The position numbers and the translations under genes were made by a program. Positions 55,021 through 64,000 of a stretch of 64,000 nt of DNA are shown here, one piece after another; position 1 is the first letter of the stretch; each line of letters starts with the position of its first letter. Source of the stretch: the human T2T-CHM13v2.0 reference genome, Homo sapiens; the NCBI RefSeq assembly GCF_009914755.1, contig NC_060928.1; one strand, given 5' to 3'. Under the pieces are notes generated by a model that was given only the letters and a program-made list of their open reading frames with translations, was not told the DNA's origin and made no database searches.

Positions 55021-55627
55021 TCTCCAATGTCCCACAGCCAACCTATGCTACTGGCTGCAAATTCTAAGTTATGGACTATTAAATGATCTGGTCAAAACTG
55101 GATATGGATAAAAATGCACTTTAGAATTACTTTTGGGAAGTAGAGGTTGCCAATTAGGTGGGTGGAAATGCTTTCTGTCCTGTAAAGTCCAAGAGTTGTC
55201 TATCACCAACGACACCATTGGAGGGAAGCTGTTGAGTGCACTACCTGCCATCTGGGCCTCTGTTGTTGGACACTACTTGACTCTTTAAAAGAGGTTGCTG
55301 TCAGCATCATGTCTATTTGCACTGGTTGTTGAGCATCATTATGGAAGGTGAGTGGCCCATGTTGACCTTTATGCTCCTACACCAACTTGAGAGCCTTTAA
55401 CTGCATAGAGGCCTTTGACTTAATGTAATAAAATAATGACTCTTTCCATTTCAATGTTTCCATTGGTGTTTTACTTGAATCCCTACTATACAAAAAACCT
55501 TAGTCTCAATAGTTTGAACAGTTTCTTCTATGTCCAAAACACTCAATATTGAGTTCTCTTGATAAAAACAAAACTTGGAGTTATTTAAAAAAATAGTTCA
55601 GTTGGAGACTCCCTTTGCTATCTAAGG

Positions 55628-56155
55628 CAGGGGTCCCCAACCCTTCGGTCATGGACTGGAACCTGTCAGTGGCCTGTTACAAACTGGGCTACACAGTAAG
55701 AGGTGAGTAGCAGGCGAGCAAGCAAAGTTTCTTCTGTATTTACAGCAGCTCCCCATGGCTTGCATTACTGCCTGAGCTCTGCCTCCTGTCAGATAAGCAG
55801 CACCATTAGATTCTCTTAGGAGCGTGAACCCTATTGTGAACTGTGCATGCAAGGGATCTCGGTTGTGTGCTCCTTATGAGAATCTAATGCCTGATGATCT
55901 GTCACCATCTCCCATTACCCTCAGATGGGACTATCTAGTGGCAAGAAAACAAGCTCATGGCTCCTACTCATTCTATATTATGTGAGTTGTATAATTATTT
56001 CATTATATATTACTATGTAATAATAGCAGAAATAAAGTGCACAATAAATGTAATGTGCTTGAATCATCCCAAAACCATCCGCTGCTCCCCACGTCCATGG
56101 AAAAAGTGCCTTCATGAAATTGGTCTCTGGTGCCAAAAAATGTTGGGGACCACTG
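55628..56155. mobile_element. MER1A hAT-Charlie element, full length
   Basis: TIRs caggggtccccaac / gttggggaccactg; perfect 8-bp TSD atctaagg at 55620-55627 and 56156-56163. Confidence 0.95.
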
Positions 56156-56457
56156 ATCTAAGGTGTTTAACAAACTGTTTCTTACTTTTAATCAAACCAT
56201 ACCACACTGATTGACTTCAGAAATGCTTTGTTTAACTAGAAGTGTTCAGGACTTACGCATGTTGCTTTTATCATCATCATCATTATAACTTATAACACTA
56301 ATAATAACAATAAATTACCAGACTTTGAGAAAAATCTCAGAAGCTCAATGAAGTGTATAGTTCATAATCAGTACTAAATTGATAGGCTTGTGGTTTAGAA
56401 TTTGTGTAGCGGAACGAGGATAAATCAGACTTCAGTATGATTTGTGTATTTGTTTAC

Positions 56458-56850
56458 TGTAGCAGAAATATGATGTCCTGACCATGTCCCCTTGACCCAC
56501 TCTGGAAGCCATGAAAGATAGTCTCATTCAGAGCTACAGCTGTCCATGGCTCTGCTTGAGGGTGTTCCCCAGGCCCAGAGAAACACCTTCAAAGGAGAGA
56601 GCATGGCATAGAAGCAACCCTCATCCAACAAAAGATAGGAATTGTCCATTTCAGGGTCAGGTTCCATCTTCCATCTGGTCTCCAAGAGGGTCCTCAAAAG
56701 ACTACGCCTCCCATGACTATACAACCTTCCTTAGCTTTCCTCTCTTCCTTGTTCCCCATTCCCACTTCTTCACATGGCTTTCTGGAATTACTTCCCAAGT
56801 TCCTTGCACCTACGTGCTTGTCATAGAGTCTGGCATGCCTTAATGAAACA
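56458..56850 (+). mobile_element. LTR16-family ERVL LTR
   Basis: tgtagcag start; tggaattacttccca...cttgcacc...agagtctg end. Confidence 0.5.
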
Positions 56851-57434
56851 CTCGTTAATTTTTTATTTGAGATCCATTGAATCCTCACTCTGTGCCAGAC
56901 ATCTTTCATTTATGAAATAGTAGCTTCTATTTTTGTACCCATTTTTGTGATAAATTAATGTTTAGAGAGATGTTAAATAATTTACAAATCACAGTGAGTG
57001 GCAAAACCTAGTCAATTTCCATTCTTCAGTTGCTTCTATTGTTTGATTGCTATCTTTTACCTTTACTCCATGAATTCAGATTGGTAAAACAAACAAGAGA
57101 CTAAATGCTGTTATACTGTGACATTCTGTAAAATTCAAATCTCTGGGTGAATTTTGATCTAAGGGATATAGAGGTGTGTCTTTTTTGTTGTTACACATGC
57201 AAAGAAGGCTTCTCTCCACTGTACAATATCCCCTTGGCTTGGCTGTGAGCTCATCTGCTCTCATTTTTGACTTCAGTTTCCTCAAATGGAAAATGAAATG
57301 CCTTGGGCTAAATGAATTTTAGGATCCATTGAAAAGCTAACTTCATACAAATTCGAGTTATGTAGTCTGGTCCCTCCGGCCAACTCTACATCGCTAGCTT
57401 TTTGTTTTATGCTGAATTCTCTTGATAACAACTT

Positions 57435-57610
57435 CTAAAGCAAAGCTTTTCTATAAAATGCCAGATAGAAAATATTTTAGGAATTTTGAGCTGTAAGGTA
57501 TCTGTTGTAATTTCTCAATTCTGCAATGTAACACAAAAGACAATATGTAAATGAATGAGTGTGGCTGTGTCCCAATGAAATTATTTATGTCAACAAGCAG
57601 CAAAGCCACT
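57435..57610. mobile_element. MER58A fragment
   Basis: ccagatagaaaatattttagg...aatatgtaaatgaatgagtgtggctgtgtcccaat. Confidence 0.7.
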
Positions 57611-60600
57611 AGACGTGCTCAATGTTGCACACAGAGAACAGCCTCGAAGGGCCTCACACCAAGACATGGCAGATGAGGAATGACAGGAAAATTTCAAACA
57701 TTGCTTGTATCCTCTGTGTAACTGTCCTCCTGGAAACTTTAAAGATATCGCTCACTCACATAGCTTCTCAAAGAAACAAAGGATAAAGAAAGCTTTTCTA
57801 TTTCTTTCTTACATGAGCCCGGATGGCTTCTACTTGACATGGACTGTTTTGTGTTGTGTTTGCGCTGGGCTTAGAGGCTGAGAAGAGTCAATACCCAATG
57901 GGGGTGTTGTCTGGAGAGCTGGGGAATATATAAATATTGCATTTGGAATGTACTTTCCTCTTGAACAATCAACCTTTCTGCACAAGTTTGCTTGCTAAGG
58001 GTCTGTTATTGGCATTTTTCTTATAACCCCTCTAATACCAAGCCTTTTCAAAGAACATATGACTCAGAGCAAACATTCTTTTGAGGTTGAATCTGGCATT
58101 CTTGATGTTATTCAAGGAATATATTTCTTTGTATAAACTTTTCATAGAAAACTTCCTGAACCTGTTTTAGAGAGCCCAGAAAGTCCTAGAAAAAAAATTG
58201 CTGCCTCATGCTTAAGCTTCTAGTGGGTTTTGTGAACTGAGAATGCGTAAACATGGTCAAACATTATTTCTGATCCCGTTTGTACTGAAAATCTCTCCTG
58301 GGCTGGTGATTTGTAATTAATGATAGTTCAGGAAACCTTGACAACTATCTTAGAGTTGGGGAAAAGTGATACAGGCTGGCTTGTGAAGCAACGAGCTCGT
58401 TGTCATTACATGTAATCAAGCAGAAATTGAACAGCCATTCACCAATGATGCTGTTCAGAGATTTCACATCAGGTGAGACTTTAAGAAAATAGACTCTGCA
58501 GAGACTCACCTCCCTACCTGTGAGGGAGAAGCAAGGGAAGGAGTGGAACAAGGTCTAAGGCAGATTCTATACTCTCCCTTTTCTCCTCTCTCCTCTTTGA
58601 ACTGGAAAAACTCAGGTTTACTTTTTTAGATATTAGACAGTTAGGAGGCTTTCTTAGGAAGAAAGTGTTCTACTACTACTAATAACAAAATGAATGAATG
58701 AATAAATAAATAAATAAAATTTAAACCACTGGACAACTGAGATCTTGAATTATGTTAATCTTAAGATTTTAAATTTTCTACAAGTAGGCTTTGACCCATT
58801 CCACATAAGAACTCATCCCTGTCTATCTTCCTCTTAGTATCTCTCTGATCTCCACAAAACAAGTATGAACTCTTTTTATCCTAGATACATTTAACAGCTA
58901 CATTTGATAGAAGAGTAGAAAATTCTTCATAGGTTTTCCATTTACAAGGAATAGCCATCAGGTTTAGAATTTTGACCATCATTAATAAGTAAACTCTTCA
59001 AAAGTCAAGCAGGGCTATGTTTTTTGAGAACTCAGCCCTTTAGGGATAAAAGGAAACCTTTAGTAAATATCCATCGGTCTATTGCATCTTGGCCCTAGGG
59101 GCATGCATACTCTTCGTGTTATGTCCTCACATAACTTTTATAGCTGATTCTCTTAAAGAAGGATAGAGTCAGAGGAGACAGTGAAAACCATGAAAGTATG
59201 AACATGGAATTCAGAAAAGGTGACAATATTAGTATCAAACATATGTCAGGTATGGTAGGTACCTGATAAAAATTTACTGAATGAATGATTGAGGCCATGA
59301 TTATAGACACTCTCTATATAAAGTCTTCTATAAAAAGAAGAATTTTGAAGCAACTATCATTTAATTTAAATATTGGGCCAATATGTATTTTAATGGTAAT
59401 GTTGGAAAACTATTTCCAGCAACAAACTTTATAGTAATAAGCAAGCATTCTGCTTATATGAAAATCACAAACAGTGGAAGATATTGACTTGTACTTATTG
59501 TGCAGGTTCTGAAGAAAACCGCATATGGTCTCTCTGGCAAAAGCTAATGAATTTATGTTAAAAATATTTTTCTGCGTGTATTGCAAGTGTTATATACACA
59601 TAATTACATGATAAATATAATTCTATTTGATTTTCCAAGTAATTAATATTTTAAATATTTGCAAAAAGGGCTATAGCACACACAAAAAAGAGAGAGACAT
59701 TGAAAAATCTGTTTTAAGTATAAAACCTAAGCAGTTGGCAGAGGAGAAAAGAAAGAAATTTTTTACATCTCATTATTAGGATTCAGTGCACACTTATAGA
59801 AGAGTTCCTTCCCCCTAAACCCTAGAATTCTAGCAGAGAACAGAGCCAAAGTGAATTATATATAACCCTGAAGCTTCATCAAGAGAATCATTGGTATTTG
59901 TTTACAGATCAGTATTGAAAACAAATCAGCCTGGAGGGTTTAGCTGTATGGAAGGATGTAGTTTGCTTCTTAAATAACCCAAGCTGTGTTGAAAATGTTC
60001 TTTCTGGCCTCCTTATGTTCTTTCTGTTTTGTTTCTCCTTTCAAATGCAGAGTGAATATGATTGGAATGGTCTTTAGCTTCAGCCAAGATCTCTAATGCC
60101 CTATGACTGGGGCACCCTTGTCTTTTCCCCTGGTCTTCCTTAGCATGGTAGCCTGTGATACTTCCCAAAGTTGAGTTCTGGGTGACTGGGGACAGCCTGA
60201 GAAATGATGGTCGAATGATGGTTGAAGTGATGGTTTCTGTCAGTCACCAATGAAGGGGCCCATTAATTTTCAAGGCTTAGTGTGAGTTCCATCTGTTATC
60301 CTAATTGTTTGTGGAGATTACATGCCAGGGAAAAGAGTTACTGAATTAATTAAAAGTAAATGTCGCTTCCTAAAACTCAGCCCGGTAAACACAGCTTGGG
60401 GAAATATTTCCTTTTGCTTGAATGACAGCTCTTGGAGTTAGGTAACGTGGTGCTTTCAGACATGGTTTACACCTGCAGAAACGTACATTGCTGGACAGCT
60501 GTCCTGCCCCCTAGGGTATGGATCACTGACAGTTCTTTCTTACTGTCAATTTTGCAGAGCCCAGAGGCAGATGCCTACGTGACAGCACTTTACCATCCAG

Positions 60601-61296
60601 CATGATTGATAAGACAACCCAATAAGGATCCAAAGCAATTTCCTTCTCTTATCCTTGCCTCTCAACTACATTTGCTTTTAATGGACATGAGTCCAGGCTG
60701 GCAGTTGTGGAAAGATTCTGGGATGCAATGTTTTGGGGGAGAGCACCAAGCTTCATTTCTGATCTAAATTGCTAGTTGGTTCTTATTTTAATCTTAAATA
60801 CACTGAAGAACAGTTGCCTTTGATGATTTTGTCAGAACTGCTAGTTTCTAACGCATCTTTGGCATTGCCTGCAATTTCCAAGGCTAATTTTAATATATAT
60901 GAAAAATATTTTAGGATTAGAATGTGACATCCTACTAATCATTCAAATGAAAAAGTAGAGTGGTTGAAGTCACCATTGTTCTCTGTAGCAACAATAACAA
61001 GCAATTGTTATCTTTACTAGCTTTGTCCTACCACTCCTGTGTGGCTCTGAGATTTACAGCAATCTACAAATACATAACAATCTTCGTTTCACAAGTTATG
61101 GCTCATGTTTCATATTCCTTTGGGCCTAGCAAATTTTCATTGCTGGTGAGGTCTAGCCATTGGACAACCAAAAATTATGCCATTTTTGACCTTGAGTCTT
61201 CATTAACTAGGAGACAAGTATATATGACATAGTGGAGACTGTTTAGGAAAAGAAAGGAAAGGAAATTCATATTTATTGAGGCTTTATAATGTACGA

Positions 61297-61770
61297 TTGT
61301 AGTGGGTACTGTTGGTGCTCTGCTCATATTCCCTGAGATTCCTGTTTACATTTTCTAGTGCCTTTTGCTGCCTTGCTAAGCTCTTCCTTCATCTAATGGC
61401 CTGCATCTGTGGCTCAGCTTGGGAGCAAGGATGGCCCTTGCATTGATGGAACCCCTGTGTCCAAGAGGCAGAGAGTGGGACGTGCTTGAGAGTTTACAGC
61501 TTCATAATATCTTCTAGCCAGATTGATTAGTTGAGGGAGGAAGACAGCCTAGCTCTCTTGCCTTAAGTCACAACAAAATCCAGAGCATAATTGGCACAAG
61601 ACATTTCCTTTCTGCAGGATCACTCTGAGACTGGGACTGTGCCTGAAATTATATCCTTGCTTGACTTTTCTCCACACTCTGTTACTCCTTTCTCCTGGGA
61701 ACACTTTCTCAATAAATCACTTGCTCCATAATCTTTGCCACAGAGTCTGTTTGGAACATACTTATGCTAT
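61297..61770 (+). mobile_element. LTR16C-like ERVL LTR inserted in a MIR
   Basis: tgtagtgggtactgttggtgctctgc...ttctcctgggaacactttctcaataaatcacttgc. Confidence 0.7.
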
Positions 61771-62171
61771 GCCTTCTACATATACTGTATTACATATGCT
61801 ATGCCTTTATGAATACTGTATATTTAATCTGCACAAAAATTCTGCTAGGAAATTCATGATCAGAGAGATCAATTAACCTGTCCAATATCATAGAAGGATT
61901 AGGTGGACTTGAACTCAAGTCTTATCCCTTAATTTATTACATTTTATGCTAAGCACAGGCAAGGGATATGGAATACGTAGATCCAATTTGGGGAATAAAG
62001 GCATTTGGAGATAGATTGCTCCTGCAAACTAGACCTGAATACCAACTTCTTACACAAAAGACATCATTTGAGAAGGAAAAGATAAGTGCAGGTTTATTTT
62101 GCTGAAAATATATCAAGCATAAAGAGTACTCTATTTTGGCACTGGAAGCAAATGAGTCTTAAAAACTGCTA

Positions 62172-63247
<1,076 letters not shown>

Positions 63248-63529
63248 ACTTGCGTTGGAAGTGGCTAGATCCAGTATCACACGCGGTCTTTGCTAGAAAC
63301 AAATGAATGTTTGTAAACAGTAAATCAATCAAATCATCCTTTGCCATTCACAAAGGAAGTTAAGAAGCTTGGCAGAAAAAGGTCTCGCAAACCCTCAACT
63401 TGGATTTTTTTTTTTACAGCAAATTAGTTTAAATCAATGACCTCAAATGAAGAGAATTATTGTCAGCATTTAGCTTGATCTTTCTCATTAATGACTTCCA
63501 CTGTGTTTCTCCCATAATTAGTTTTATAA

Positions 63530-63873
<344 letters not shown>

Positions 63874-64000
63874 AAAAATGCTTTCTGTAACTTCCACAAT
63901 GAAATATTATTCTCAGATTATCACTAAATTTAACCCAAAGATTCCATTATCTCTTGCTTTTTTTATTATTATTACCTTTGGTGCTTGGGGAGTTCAGAGA

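Overview
Primate (almost certainly human) AT-rich genomic DNA, mostly interspersed repeats: about 17 Alus, many MIR/L2, L1 fragments, MaLR/ERV1/ERVL LTRs, and hAT and Tigger DNA transposons. The only protein-coding feature I can support is a minus-strand coding first exon (9514-9403, MLTLEWESEGLQTVGIVVIICASLKLLHLLGLIDFSE plus a phase-1 GT donor) beside a CpG-rich promoter (~9560-10385). It aligns without gaps to the transmembrane K-channel inactivation suppressor (KIS) N-terminus of KChIP4a, so I read it as an alternative first exon of KCNIP4 (Ie / KChIP4e type, recalled rather than searched). The rest of the window is then KCNIP4 intron. I see no prokaryote-style system, CRISPR array or structural RNA gene. 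The best leads are an 8-codon uORF overlapping the start codon, a candidate 8-nt microexon / recursive splice site with a hairpin over its donor (58471-58553), two abutting perfect palindromes next to it, a 49-bp inverted duplication in an AT-rich block, and an NF-kB/NR4A composite motif. Repeat subfamily names and boundaries come from recalled consensus sequences and are approximate.
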